Below are positions 48,619 through 62,478 of a stretch of DNA of 64,000 nt, in pieces (the first letter of the stretch is position 1; each line of letters opens with the position of its first letter). The notes under the pieces are model-generated. The model did no database searches, was not told where the DNA came from, and saw only the letters and a list, made by a program, of their open reading frames with translations. The translations under genes and the position numbers were made by a program. This DNA is from Lytechinus pictus. Taxonomy: Eukaryota. The stretch covers positions 31,250,001 through 31,314,000 of the forward strand of contig NC_087251.1 in the NCBI RefSeq assembly GCF_037042905.1. Reading direction: 5' to 3'.

Positions 48619-49802
48619 ATATATATGTCCATGGTTATAAATATGATGTTCATATAGCCTTTTTTAACTTTTGTATTTATGTTTTTAATAAGAATCAGAT
48701 CAAATTTTATTTAAAGTTATTCAAGCTTTGCTTTTTAGTGGGATCCTCCATTATCACAAACCTTTACACATGATTATTTTGTATGTAACTTTCTTATAAC
48801 ATGTCTTTTTCAAGTTGATTCAATGACCTTGGTATATTTTTTTATTATGTTGACTTGTTATGATTGTATATTTTATTGGATTTATATTTTGTTGAAAATG
48901 AAATAAATGAAATGAAGGAGATTAAGGAAATAGTGATCACAACATTTGCAAAGACTGGAAATAATTGCGGAAGAAAAAGGAAAAAAGGAGGGAGAAAATA
49001 AGGTTATAAAACATAATCTGTACCCCTTAAACAGTACCAATGTAAACTTTATCATGGGTACGTGACATATGCGCATCAGTTAGATGATCATTTGAGGGGG
49101 CCAAATATGGCTGATGGAGCAAAAGTTTTAAAAAGATAGGAGTGAACAAAAAACAAGTAAGCAAAAAAATTCTGACCTTTTTTTTTTTTACAAAAATTGA
49201 AAACTAGTAGACTTTGACATAATATTAGGAAAGTAATATATAGTAACAGGACAGTAATATATTTTAATCTTGGTCATGCAACTTTTTTTCTTTTGGGGAG
49301 GGGCATGGCCCTGTATCTTTACACCATGGACATCATAGAGAAGATTGTAAATTGATGCTAGTCTAAAACTGTTGTCAAGTCTGTAGTATTGTTTCTTAAT
49401 AATACAAATGTGTGTTCAGTTTGAGGGTGGCTGCATGTGGCACTTATGAATGCATGATATCCAATAATGATTTGTTTTACAAATGGAGGTAACTGAGGAG
49501 CAATGTCATATAACTGCATATGCAAAAGGCAATTATATAACATATTTTAATTCATTGAATTTATTCTTTGTAGGGGGGGGGGGAGGGGGTGGTTTCCCTG
49601 CCATTGTGTTATAGTGCCTGACATTAGTTTTTTATTACACCATTTTCTTTCACAAATATTTCCTTAATTGTAATTCAGAAATCCTACAGGTAGTCCATAC
49701 TTATTTTTTATTGCATTTCTCACATAAACATTGATGTTTATTCTGAAATCCTACACATACATGTAGTCCATATGTATCAATTATTTTTATTGCACGATTT
49801 AA

Positions 49803-52089
49803 GGACGTTCCACAGTTAAAATGAAGTCCATGTCATTTTCACCAAATTTTGCAGAGAGTTACTCTGGTATTTATGCATTATGAAAATGCAAAAAATAATA
49901 TAGGTTCATGTGCTTATTTTTTTTCTACGGGTCTTCAAAGTCGCCGTATTTGAATGATATGCAATCTTGCGCAATTTAAGAGAATTTTGCCTCTCTTAGA
50001 CCTCACGAATTCACCAAATGAGTTTAAATCATCTTCACTCAGCGGATATCGCATCAAACTTCATCAAATTTTCAAGATATATAACAAAGTGTATACCAAA
50101 GTAAGAGAAAGCCTTTTAATTGGTAAAACTATATCTATCTGGAGTCAGCAGCGCCCTCATTTGGCAAGAATGGTGCAAAAACTCGGAAAAAGCAAATCTT
50201 CAAAGACGTGAATCTACTCAAAAATTTAAAAAGTATTTTGTAAGCTGCACTTTTTTCAAAATCCATGTCATTTTCATCAAATTCTGCTAATTTGTAGAGG
50301 AATGCATATCAAAGGTGTAGGGAAGTTAAAAATATGGGGTCCATGTGCTCGTTTTTTAACTATGAGTGTCCAAAGTGATGCGAGTTGGCATCGAAATCGC
50401 CGAAAATGCGCCCAAAACGTGCAAAAGTCTAATAATATCGTCTAAAATGCGAATGGTTCCGTAGTTTTGCTCCCAAACACTCAAAATCCATGTCATTTTC
50501 ATCATACTCTCTAGATTTTTAGAAGAATATATTCTGAAGACATTAAAATATCAAAAATATGGGGTCTATGTGCTCGTTTTTAAACTATCAGTGTCCAAAT
50601 TGTTGCGAGTTGGCTTGAAAATATTGAAATGCACCTAAAATGCGCCGAAAACGTGCAAAAGTCTATACCCTCTAAAATGCAAATGGTTCCGTAGTTTTGC
50701 TCCCTAACATTCAAAATCCATGTCATTTTCATCATACTCTCTAGATTTGTAGAGGAATATATTCTAAAGACATTAGAATATTAAAAATATGGGGTCCATG
50801 TGCTCGTTTTTAAACTATCAGTGTCTAAACTGTTGCGAGTTGGCTTGAAACAGCCCAAAATGCGCCGAAAACAAGTAAAAGTCAGATAATACCATCCAAA
50901 ATGTCTAAAATACGAATGGTTCCGTAGTTCTGCTCCTAAACATTCAAAATCCATGTCATTTTCATCATACTCTCTAGATTTGTAGAGGAATATATTCTGA
51001 AGAAGTTAAGATATTTAAACTATGGGGTCCATGTCCTCATTTTCAAATTATCAGTGTCCAAAGCATTGCGGGTTGGCTTGAAACAGCCCAAAATGCGCCG
51101 AAAACAAGCAAAAGTCTGATAATACCGTCTAAAATGCGAATGGTTCTGTAGTCTTGCTCCCAAACATTGAAAATCCATGTCATTTTCATTATACTTTGCA
51201 CATAGATACTTTAGCACCTGAATATTTCAAATATACAAAAAGTTACATGGGTCCATGTGCTTGATTTTTTGCTATAGAGCTTCAAAGTTAACCCAAAATG
51301 GATGATGTTCTTAATAATTGCGCATCCAAAAGAATTCGGCATTTTTAGACCTCACGAGATCACAACAATGAGTTTAAAGCTCTATTAATCAGTCAAAATC
51401 TATAAAGATTTCATCAAATTTTGCAATATGATTAATAATTGTATCCGTAAGATTGATAATTGATTTATATTGCTGTCAATTGTTTGCTCATTGAAGTTTA
51501 ACAACACTCTCAGTTCTTAGAAATTGCGGGAAAGATACTCAACCTCAAAAATTTCAAATTTCAATAACAAACTTGAGAAGTAAAAGAAATGCTGCACTTT
51601 AGTCAAAACCCATGTCATTTTCACAAAACTTTGCAAAGTTGTAAAGGAAGGTATATCTAAGAGGTGCAAACATTTAAAAATATGGGTTAATGTGCTTGTT
51701 TTCAAAGTAACTATCAGCACTCTTATTAGAGCAAATTTGCTTCTTAAAACACCCGAAAACGCGCCAAAAGCTTTGTATATAATTATGTGAGGAAAAATTC
51801 CGAACCACTTTTCCATTTATTCAAACTCGGGGTCATATTCATGATACTTTGCGGCACTTCAGAGAAACTATTTTGAAATTGTAGAGGAATAAAAAAAATG
51901 GTCCATGGAATAATTCAAGTTTATTAGCTTCATAAAATAACACATCGGATCTGCAGTTAGTAAAGATAAGGAGAAAAATCAGCTCATAGTACAGCTGATT
52001 AATCATCAGTTCATCCATTGTGACGTCAGCGCGCAGAGTGTAAAATATGCGCAGATCATGATGCGCACAAACATAACTGTGGAACGTCC
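49803..52089. mobile_element. 2.3-kb TTAA-targeting non-autonomous element (Kolobok-like purine termini) with internal tandem repeats of about 228 bp
   Basis: TTAA|GGACGTTCCACAGTTA ... TAACTGTGGAACGTCC|TTAA. ATCCATGTCATTTTCAT recurs at 50261, 50486, 50716, 50949 and 51173. Confidence 0.9.
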
Positions 52090-53110
52090 TTAAGAAATTT
52101 ATTTGATCGTAATTCAGAAATCCTGCAGATGGTTCATTATCTAAGATTGTAGTATCCAATGACGGGTTGTTAAAACTGACACTTGACCCCACAAAGAGCA
52201 GTTTTTAAGGAAACATAATTTTGGAACTGAATAAAACTTATTTTGTATTTCAAATAAGTACCAATGACCTTATATGAGTGTGAAGATGGAATGTTGATTT
52301 ATAAGAGGATGTCTTCTAAAATTACATATTTTCATGCATTACAGTTAATGAAAATAGAGAATAAGAACACTTCATGCGAAAGATGCTGTTTTGAAGACAA
52401 TTTAATGATTTAATCATATTTTTTAAAATCTTCATTTGCATGACATAATTATATTTGTTTGTAACGGATGCTTACATTTAAGCCTGTATTTAGCTTTGGT
52501 AAATCCCCAAAAATGTAGTAATGACTATTACAATTCATTGCTAGATTATATGATTGCGTATTCCCTATAACAGGTATGATATTGGAGGATAAGATATTAA
52601 AATGTATTTTACATGATAAATATATTGCGATTATACATGAAATGTAATCTGAGCGGGTGACCAATCAAAAATAAAATAACGGCATGTTTTTTTTCTATTT
52701 GATATAAAACCTATTCCAAAGAATGTAATAGGTCAAAAATTTCAGCATAATTATAATCTTTCTGTGTAGCTTCTACATATCAATTCCCTTGAATTTGTAA
52801 GATAAATGTTCAAAGAGCCCTTTAGAAGGAAAACAAAAATATTGCCAATGGTGGGAGCTACACAGAGAATCAGCAGTTGAAAAGGGAAAAAAGGGCTACA
52901 AAAAGTTTATATAAGATTGGAATGTTTGATAATACTCAAGTACATTTCAAACAATAGACCCTTTATCAAAGTTGAAGACAGGCAGGGGGGGGGGGGAGGT
53001 CTTTTTCAAGTATTTCATCCATACGATCATGAAAGTGACTACATGGGTAGTAAAGTATCATTTTCTTAAAATGAATCCTGAAAAAGGGATTCGGGGTAAA
53101 CACATACCAG

Positions 53111-53381
53111 GGGCCCGTCTTACAAATAGTTGTGATTGATCCGATCAATCACAACTATGGACGGCCAGCAACGTCAACATCTAAAATGCATGACTATTCA
53201 AAATGCTTTCTAGATATGACGTAAATTACGGAAATTCATTTTTTTCTTGACAATTTGGTGTGTTTGTCTTTGTTTACAAAGGACATTTTGAAAATTTTAT
53301 GTAGAAAAAATTATGACACTGATGGATTTCCATAGAGTTGCGACTGATTGGATCGATCGTAACTTTTTGTAAGACGGGGCC
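53111..53381. mobile_element. MITE with CAG TSD (PHIS/Harbinger group, CWG-targeting)
   Basis: CAG|GGGCCCGTCTTACAAA ... TTTGTAAGACGGGGCC|CAG. Confidence 0.85.
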
Positions 53382-55495
53382 CAGGAATATACATGTATAC
53401 CAAAGATATGAAAATAGAAGAAACAGAAGTAATAATGTTCACATACGTCACACATGCACAATAATGGAAGCAGAAACATTGTTTCTTCATTTAATATGCC
53501 TGAAATCCTTTTCATAGAATTCAAAGTATACATCACTTACTAGAAATAAAATGTAAAACACGAAATGGAGAACACCATTTTCAATCAAACAAATATCATT
53601 TCTTGATTGTAAAAGCAAAACAAATACAATATTACGACAATAATCATAATAATTACTCAATAAAGCACATTTCCATTAGGATACAATGCCTATAATGCTG
53701 TTATACTTCATTTAAAAAGACACAAAAAGAATCATATTTCCTTATGTGATGATATTGCAAACCCTGATTTATGTCATAAACCTCGCTATCATATAACAAA
53801 TGTTATATTGTTTTACTTTTTACAAATTAACTTATATTCATGGTCTATCTATTTATCGAACAAATAAAAAATACTAGTATATCTATACAAAAGAATATAG
53901 AAAGGACTTGAGCAGAAAATGTTATGTTTAATGAACCGATGTATATATATCACTATATTTAAGATAATATTTTGAAGGATTAAGACACAGTTGAATATTA
54001 GTGTTTGTACACTATACATTAACAATGTAAATAGAGATCATGAATGATGTGGGGAAAAAAATCCCAATCTGGCAGTAATAAATTCTAATGAATGGTATAT
54101 CATATGAAATAGAAAAAGTATAGCCTTTATTTTACACCTACTGTAGCTTCAAATTGTGATCAGTGATGCATGAATGATTATGATTCATTTTATGCAATAG
54201 TGCATAATTTCAGACCTTGCTGTGAATATTAAAGCATATCATGCAATTCTTCAATGATCATGACATATTTCTTTTTTTTTTCTGAGAGATGAGATTAAAT
54301 GTTCTCAGTTGATGTACAATTCTTTGTATTGTCTGTATTACGCATTTCTTTAACGATTTTAGACGAAAGACTTATGATTGCTGTTACATCATTGAGTTTT
54401 TTACAGGGGTGCAGTCAGATTAATTTTTCATATTTCATTTTCTGTCAAAATTAAAAGTATTCAAAATTCCACATTAACAACGACGTCATGATCACTGAAG
54501 CATTGCGAATTACACCTCAATAATCACATAATGGTCTGAAAATATGCATTATCTCACATAGTACTTCATAATCATTCAAGCATGACCAATCACAACTTGC
54601 AACTAGGTGAAAAACAAAGGCTATATTTTTTTCCTTCATATGATATACAATTCATTAGACTTCTGTAGTAGCCAGGTTATGAATTTTGGACTTCCATTAT
54701 AGTTTATCTGATCCTTTTACCATGTTGTCAGTTTATATTGTACAAATTATTTATTATATTGTACAAATTATTCATTATATACTGTACATGGAAGATGAAA
54801 CAAATCAAAGATAAGTATATAATTACAATTCACATACATGTATTCTTGAATGAGCTTGTCCGGCTCCCCGCAAGATGCTCAATTTCAGAAAATATTATTA
54901 TGATGTTTTTTATTCATAGCAATGATCCACCACAAGTATGAGCACAATAATAAAACAAAATTTAAAGAGAGTAGTATCCAAACCTTCATCAAGGCACATT
55001 AGTACTGATTTTCATAGTATTACTGTAGACTAATAACATTATTTCTGATAAACACAGTAAGCAAAATATATTTCAATTGAGTAATTTCTAGTGATAGTGC
55101 AATAGAATATCCACCTGGGCCTACTTACACTAAGCTTATCAATCGATCACAAAGTAGATTTGAATGACTGATTGCTCATAACAAAACCAATACAACCAAT
55201 AGCAAAATCAGCCCAATAACCAGGCTATATATGTCTATATATATATACTAAAGCATGTTGATAATATGACTACAAACTGGCTTCTTGCCCAACCATAAAC
55301 CCAATACCATGAAACATGGTTTGGGATGGATTTTGAGAGGCAAGGAAATTCGCATACTAAGAGAGAAAAATGTTGGTAAATCTATCTCAGTAGAGCAAGA
55401 CGTGTGGTAGAACTATAATGAATATGACCCAACAATAAAGTGTATGAATGTTTCTTTCATAAAAGATCCATTATTTGTTTATGATTGTAGATTAA

Positions 55496-55576
55496 TCATT
55501 CCATCTCTTGGGACTGTGCTTCTCCAGTCAGATCGGTAGGAATAGACTCCTTCAGAAGCGGGAAGACATAGTACAT
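55496..55576 (-). CDS. THADA: THADA-like terminal coding exon (MYYVFPLLKESIPTDLTGEAQSQEME*)
   Basis: tttttttatacctag acceptor, phase 0, TGA at 55498-55496, followed by AT-rich UTR-like DNA. Confidence 0.62.
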   Translation of the reverse strand: MYYVFPLLKESIPTDLTGEAQSQEME

Positions 55577-56597
55577 CTAGGTATAAAAAAATATGAGACA
55601 AAATATGAGAAAAAAATTGACATTTCAACACTTGATAATCATAAAAGACTGCTTTTTATATCATAGCACCAAACAATCAGCGATGCATGTAGAGGATACT
55701 ACCCTGATGAACGTATATATAGGAGGGCTCAATTGTGTCTCAAATCACACAATGGTAAAGGCAAACAATTTTATACTGTGTTGTTTTGCAAATTTTCAAT
55801 GTACTGTGTATATCAAACACCATAATCTCAAATAAGGGGAAAATATTTCTGTCAAAATTAAGTGTTGTCATGACATTAATTCAATACAAATACTAGTATT
55901 CAATCAATATTTCATGCACTGTTTTAATGTGTAAATATAATAATATTATATTGGATGGCTCAGCATGGGATACCAGAATATTCTACAGGTGAAGACATAC
56001 TGCACAAGTCGTAGATGAGGGCAAAACTGGCCCTAACGAGTTCAATATTTCGGGCATACCACAAAGGAAAATCATCCAACATAATTATATCTTTAAAAGA
56101 TCATCACTGATTAACCTTACAATTCGGCATGATACTGTCACAGCAAGTTTGTATCTGGGCATCTTGCAATATGCTCTGACATTTCAAAGACGAATCATGC
56201 AGATGAAAATACAACAAGCAGGAATGCTTTTATCTTTGACAGTTCAAATGATTTATAAAACCAACCACCATTGGCCTCTAAATTTTTTTTACAACGGCTG
56301 ACTGATGGAGAAGGCATGACTTACATACAGACCAGTGACTGCATGAGTAACCAGAGAAGGATAGAACATAGTCCAAGAGAGGTGGAGAGATGGGGGAAAA
56401 GTGATATCCGTGGTATATGGTGTTATATAAAATTCAATTGTCCCCCCCCAAAAAAAAAAAAAAAAAAAAAACACTTATGAATTTGTAATGTTGTTGTTGG
56501 TATACATTACATAAATCAGTGAAAACACAAATATAATTTTTGCATATACAAATGAAATAATCTCACCAAGTACAAATTTTCCACAAAAATCAAACTG

Positions 56598-56724
56598 GGT
56601 CCCTTAACACAAAGGTTAGCAGTTAATAGTACGCTTGATTTTCATGATTAATTGTACATTGTAGTCAATGCAATCAATAGTAATTTTTTTCTTCTAAAAT
56701 TGCTTCACTCTGTGTTACGGGCCC
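56598..56724. mobile_element. 127-bp CWG-flanked MITE about 10 nt inside a THADA-like intron
   Basis: CTG|GGTCCCTTAACACAAAG ... CTCTGTGTTACGGGCCC|CAG. Confidence 0.7.
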
Positions 56725-56734
56725 CAGGTATTAC

Positions 56735-56904
56735 CTTTTGCATTGATTTCAGGTACCCCTCTATCTTTTGTTTAACCTCTAGGACTCCCTCTATTGGTGG
56801 TTTGATGAGAATGGACGCTGTCTGGAGAAGCCATACATACATGAGTAGTCTATAAAGAGCCTGGTATGGTTTACTATGGCCTGTCCCTGCATAGAAACTA
56901 TTGG
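56735..56904 (-). CDS. THADA: THADA-like exon (ANSFYAGTGHSKPYQALYRLLMYVW...YLKSMQK)
   Basis: Polypyrimidine tract plus cag acceptor, AAG|GTAAT donor, phase 1/0. Confidence 0.7.
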
Positions 56905-57322
56905 CTGTAGTGATAAAAAAGGTGTGAAATACTATGTCAATATTCAAGACAATACCAAACTTTGAGATATTATTTCAAGGTCTCGGTATCATAAAATGAT
57001 CACACAATGCACCACTTAAAATAATAAGAAAGCAACATATTAAATCTTTTGCGCATTTGAGCACAGTCACATTTTTTTTTTCATGTGGTTAAAGATTTGC
57101 TGTAAACAATATTCAAATTTGTTAATAGGTTTTTCTCTAATTGCCAGTATTCAGGTTTTTACAATATTGCTTCCAGTTGCAGAAGGGGCACAAGAGTCCA
57201 GTGTCCCCTTTATATCTTGAGAATCACCCATTGGCCATACATATTAATCAAGCTAAATCTAGGGAAACTGTATAAGAACTGCTATATAAGATTTATACAA
57301 AGATAGCACAGATACAAATAAT

Positions 57323-58220
57323 AACAAGTGGAATGCCTCTGGCCGTCTCACCTGCATCACGCGATTCAATATAGCAGCAGTGCTGATTTTGAAAACTACT
57401 ATAACTCGCACAAGATGTTCAGTGATACTTGGTTACTCTTATTTCCATGTTTTATGAACTAGACCAATACACTTATAGAGATATGATGGCAATTCAACAA
57501 ATACCCCCAACGTGGCCAAAGTTCTTTGACCTTACATGACCTTTGACCTTGATCATGTGACCTGAAACTCGCACAGGATGTTCAGTGATACTTGATTACT
57601 ATTATGTCCAAGTTTTATGAACTAGACCAACACACTTTCAAATTTATGGCTGTAATTCAACAAATACCCCAATTTGGCCAAAGTTCATTGACCCTAAATG
57701 ACCTTTGACCTTGATCATGTGACCTGAAACTTGCACAGGATGTTCAGTAATACTTGATTACTATTATGTCCAAGTTTCATGAATCAGATCCATAAACTTT
57801 CAAAGTTATGATGGTAATTCAACAGATACCCCCATTCGGCCAAAGTTCATTGACCCTAAATGACCTTTGACCTTGGTCATGTGATGTGAAACTCATGCAG
57901 GATGTTCAGTGATACTTGATTAACCTTATGTATAAGTTTCATGAACTAGGTCCATATATTTTCTAAGTTATGATGACATTTCAAAAACTTAACCTTAGGT
58001 TAAGATTTTGATGTTGATTCCCCCAACATGGTCTAAGTTCATTGACCCTAAATGACCTTTGACCTTGGTCATGTGACATGAAACTCAGGCAGGATGTTCA
58101 GTAATACTTGATTAACCTTATGGCCAAGTTTCATGAACTAGGTCCATATACTTTCTAAGTTATGCTGTCATTTCAAAAACTTAACCTCAGGTTAAGATTT
58201 GGTGTTGACGCCGCCGTCGC

Positions 58221-58251
<31 letters not shown>

Positions 58252-58318
58252 GCCGCCGTCGCCGTCGCCGTCGGAAAAGCGGCGCCTATAGTCTCACTCT
58301 GCTATGCAGGTGAGACAA
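57323..58318 (-). mobile_element. Helentron-associated element, copy 2
   Basis: Same architecture, 162-bp core repeats, expanded (GCC/GTC)n at about 58209-58272. Confidence 0.8.
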
Positions 58319-58346
58319 AAATAGAGAACCGTCTAATAATTTATAC

Positions 58347-58473
58347 CGGCAACAGGGTGCTTGTCTAGGTATTTGATAAGAGAAGCCATGTTGAATTCTA
58401 TGAAGTGCCATCTGTCCTTTATCCATTCTCTCATGATGTCTGCTTTATGCTCCACTAAGACACTCATAGCATC
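58347..58473 (-). CDS. THADA: THADA-like exon (DAMSVLVEHKADIMREWIKDRWHFIEFNMASLIKYLDKHPVA)
   Basis: ttag acceptor, G|GTATAA donor, phase 0/1, open frame. Confidence 0.68.
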
Positions 58474-59156
58474 CTAATATAATAAAAGGATTAAAAGCCA
58501 TATGCACACTTTAGGAAACCAGTATTCAATTAAAAAAAAAATTAAACATCTAGTTTATTGACGTTGAAATAAGCTTATTTAGTAAAGATTTACTTAGTTG
58601 TAGACAACATATTTTGAGAAGTATGATAACCTACTGTTGTTTTCAAGCAGAGCTCATTCAATTTGTTGAGTTCCAATATAAAATAAAGTAAATAGTTATT
58701 AAATTATACTTTTGAAATATTTTATATTCAGGTAGCATAAAAAATATGAATTTTTCAAAGTATAAAGAGAATAATATAAATGTAATAGTGGAAATATTCT
58801 GTTTTTCTTTATACTATTTTACGTACATATACTTGCATTTGATGCAACTGAATACAAGTATTTATATATACAATGCTAAAGAGTGGAATTGGTACATTCA
58901 ATTTGCAAGGATGTTTTTCAAGCTAATACACACTGCTCCCTCAAAATGAATGAAATCAAAACAAAAAATAGTAAGAAATAATTTTCCCTGTTGTTTGTAA
59001 GCTTTCATTTGAAAGGCTGTAAGCTTCATTAGACCTTCAAAAACAAGTAAAATTTCTTCATTGTGGGAAAGGAATGTTTTCTAATGTCATCATAATGTAT
59101 TAATTATATTGTAGATTGAGAAATAAAAGTTGAAATAGCCAACAATGTGAGCTTAC

Positions 59157-59241
59157 CGTGAGGGCATGAAACACAAGGTTAGCCTCCATAACCCCTTCGG
59201 CATACATGTTCACGCTTTCTTGCTCAAAGAGATTCAAAGAA
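59157..59241 (-). CDS. THADA: THADA-like exon (SLNLFEQESVNMYAEGVMEANLVFHALT)
   Basis: ttcag acceptor, ACG|GTAAGC donor, phase 2/0. LFE.E.VN.+AE motif typical of THADA/Trm732 C-termini. Confidence 0.78.
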
Positions 59242-60281
59242 CTGAACAGGAATTAAAAGTACAAGCACCGTTAACTTGCCATAGAAGTCAACCCCATATG
59301 AGTTGAATAATCGTCAAAGTAAATTTTCAAGCTACTGACTTGTTGCATAACTTAGCCATCCAATGACAACTACAATGTTCAACAACAAAATATAGGTTTA
59401 CATACAAGATACCATTGGATAGCTATATCATAATAATAGTAATTTTATTCTGTTTTAAATTGAATTGAATTACAGGGCCTAGGTTATGCAGAAAAAAATC
59501 TGTGCTTTAGAACTTTTTCACTAAAATGTCATCTGAGTTGAAAAGGTTTTTGAGGTTCCAAGAGATTTCAGCTTCAAGTTACCTGTACATGTATGAATAC
59601 TGTACTCCCAATTCAATCTCCAAAGTTACTACTCATAACATTTACATTGTCATAGCAATCAATATGAAAAAAAGTATAAACAAAAAGAGTTGAACAACAA
59701 GGGGAAAAATCAAGAAGTATAGGGAATGGAATAAGACAGAGATGAAAAGAAACACCTTCTTTTTAAAGGCATTTGTCTAAAATCTTCACTAAAGAGAAGT
59801 CAAATTCTCTCTCAGTCAATCATTTTACTATTCTATTAATCTCTCTGGGCTGGTATGAAAAATAGTATCATGATGTCTTTCATCAAATTCTAATTCTAAT
59901 TGTCATAGCAACCAAACATGGGTTACATCACTGCCTATCATAGCACACCTTTGACCTGCCTGAATACACATGACAAATCAAGCATGGTTCAAACCAATCA
60001 TAAACATACCTTTTATTTCTCTTTGGTGACAAATTGCAGGAATGGGGATACATATATTCTGATGACATATACGTACTATATTTTGTGACAAAAAGCAAGA
60101 GAGGAGGGAAATGTATTTCTTTTACAATAATGGCCCCTAATTCTTGGAGAGTGGTTGAGGGATAAATAATGTTGAAAGGCCCCTATCCAAGGACATCTTT
60201 CTCCTTCGATTTTTTTTGGTAGATCAGAATTAATATATGGTTGATATATTCAATGGAACCCTTCCATTCAGTTCAACTTAC

Positions 60282-60406
60282 TCTCTGTGAGTCTCTTCAT
60301 AAATAAGATCTTCAACTATGAAAGCATCACCGATGAGAAGACTTATAACAGTATCCAAGAAGTTTATATTGACGCAGAACTTGGCACATACAGAGTCTAA
60401 TAAAAT
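60282..60406 (-). CDS. THADA: THADA-like exon (ILLDSVCAKFCVNINFLDTVISLLIGDAFIVEDLIYEETHR)
   Basis: ttcag acceptor, GA|GTAAGT donor, phase 0/2, in frame with neighbours. Confidence 0.72.
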
Positions 60407-61284
60407 CTGAAGAAAATACAGACAAATAACAACTAAATGTAATCTAGTTGGAAAATTACTTAACATCATTTAAATAAAATGAACTGCTTTTCTGAATAAA
60501 AAAAAAAACTTTCTCAATAAGGAAAAGAAAAATGACATACAGCTAAAATTGCTTATGACAATTCATAAAATACACTTAGTAAAATTTAGCTAAAATTCTG
60601 AATAAACGAATATATTTTGACATCGATGTCTGTCATTGATTTAAGACATTCAACTCAAGTGAATGTTTGAGATAATTAATGTGATTTACATCAAGTTAGT
60701 TTAGAGAATAGTTGCTTAATAAAAAAAACTTGATTAACTTTTAATTAATTAAAGGGAAGTTCACCCAGACAAAACTATTATTGTAAGAATAGAAGAAAAT
60801 AATAAATGAAATATTGGTGAAGATTTGCAGAAAATCAATCGAAGATTAGAAAAGTTTTTATAATTTATTATCTTTTTTATTTATGACATCATATGTGAGC
60901 AGCTCCCCAATATATTGTGTAGTAAAAATAAATGAAATGTCATTTTTATAAAAAAGAAATGAAAATGGTGTTAATTGTACTCTTCATGGTATCAACAGAC
61001 TAATTATTTCATACCTGCTCCTGAAAGTAAAATAAAAATAGACATCATGAACCATTAAAAATTCATGCATTTTATATTGTAAACATAAAATAGAGGCAGT
61101 TTAAAATATTTGAAATTCTCATGACTTTCTTAATCTTTGATGGATTTCCATCACACCTCATCAGAATTTACAAATATATTTTCAAGTATTTTAACAACAA
61201 ACTTTTCTCGAAGGTGAACTTCCCCTTTCATGTAATTTGGTTTTAAAAAAAGAATGGTGTAATATTAATGTCTCTCATTATTAC

Positions 61285-61432
61285 CTTCAAACCAGTACTA
61301 CAATGGAGATGATTTCCATGAACATCATTCAGTAGAGCTCCCTCTCTTGGTATCAAGGATGCAAATCTAGCAGCTTCCTCTCGGATTTCAGGCTGCTCAT
61401 CTTGTAGCAGTAACATTCCTGCTTTCATTATC
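61285..61432 (-). CDS. THADA: THADA-like exon (IMKAGMLLLQDEQPEIREEAARFASL...STGLK)
   Basis: tag acceptor, AAG|GTAAT donor, phase 2/0. LLQDE..+R..AA HEAT motif as in the THADA C-terminus. Confidence 0.75.
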
Positions 61433-62307
61433 CTATCAATCATAATATCAATATAATTAATATTTTGAACATATTTTACAGGGTTCTTTATTGTATTTTA
61501 AGGGCCCTATGAAAGTGAAATTGGGGAGAGATTGCAAGAAAATGTCATAATTCAGAATGCATACAGTAGTCTAAAATCGGAATCCCAAAGAGTAAACATC
61601 ATTGCACATTAACATGTATAAAGCTCTTGATGATTTGCTCTATTCTTAACTGTACAAACTAATTTTACCGTTCCTGAGATTTTCAACACCAACATTAACA
61701 AAACACCGAACTTGAAATCACAATATTTCCTGGAGGATGGTGGTGATGATGATGGCAAAATTACACCTACATCATCAACACCACCCACAAGAGATTGGTT
61801 CAGTAGACAACATTCAATATCAGTGCTCAACACCAACTACCGGTAATGCATCATATTAATTGCAACACCAGCCTCATTTCAAGTATGTTGTTGGGCTGGT
61901 GTTGGCATTGCAACTACACCACCAACAGATTCTAACATCATACTTGAAATCATCCAATGTCAAAACAGGTTCAAAATAATACCTACCAAACATCAAGATT
62001 TATATCAGGCATCGACGGAATGAATATAAAAAAAGAATTCAATTAACAGCAGAGCCGCCAACCTCAACAAGAACATTTCAGTATTTTTAAAGTAGAAAAT
62101 CATTATTATGGTGAGGAAATCAGTATTTTCAATGAAGTACCAAAGGAGAACAGATGAAACTTAAATCAGTATTTTGCATGAAACCATCAGTATTCTTCTC
62201 ATTTTTGTTTATACTAAATACTGAAAATCAGTACTAGTTTGCAGGTCCGTAATAGCATTAACCAACATTAAAATAATACGAGCATAACAAGCATGAAAGT
62301 GACTTAC

Positions 62308-62478
62308 ATAAAGGCAAAATCACAATGTGTGATGTTGCTAGGATCACATGTGTTCAGAGCCTGAACTCCACTATGCTTCAATGACTTTGCTGCAGACAGA
62401 CGCACGGTCTCACATTGGGAGGGGTCACTGCACTTTAGAACCAGGTCACACCAATGTGAGGTCATCTCTAGATTCATA
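62308..62478 (-). CDS. THADA: THADA/Trm732-like HEAT-repeat protein, internal exon (MNLEMTSHWCDLVLKCSDPSQCETVRLSAAKSL...)
   Basis: cag acceptor, AT|GTAAGT donor, 171 nt, phase 2/2. Resembles the W..L+....D......RL segment recalled from the THADA C-terminal region. Confidence 0.7.

Noticed and set aside
58162..58368. Poly-Ala ORF
   Set aside because: It is the translation of the (GCC/GTC)n microsatellite in the Helentron-like element.
61609..61836. Minus-strand ORF as an extra THADA-like exon
   Set aside because: The flanking exons already join in frame (AT|G), and the sequence is low-complexity without convincing splice sites.
48217..62478. Functional linkage of tRNA-Leu with the tRNA-methylation cofactor THADA, or of THADA with glycogen phosphorylase
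   Set aside because: Adjacency alone; tRNA genes are numerous and no synteny evidence is available from this window.
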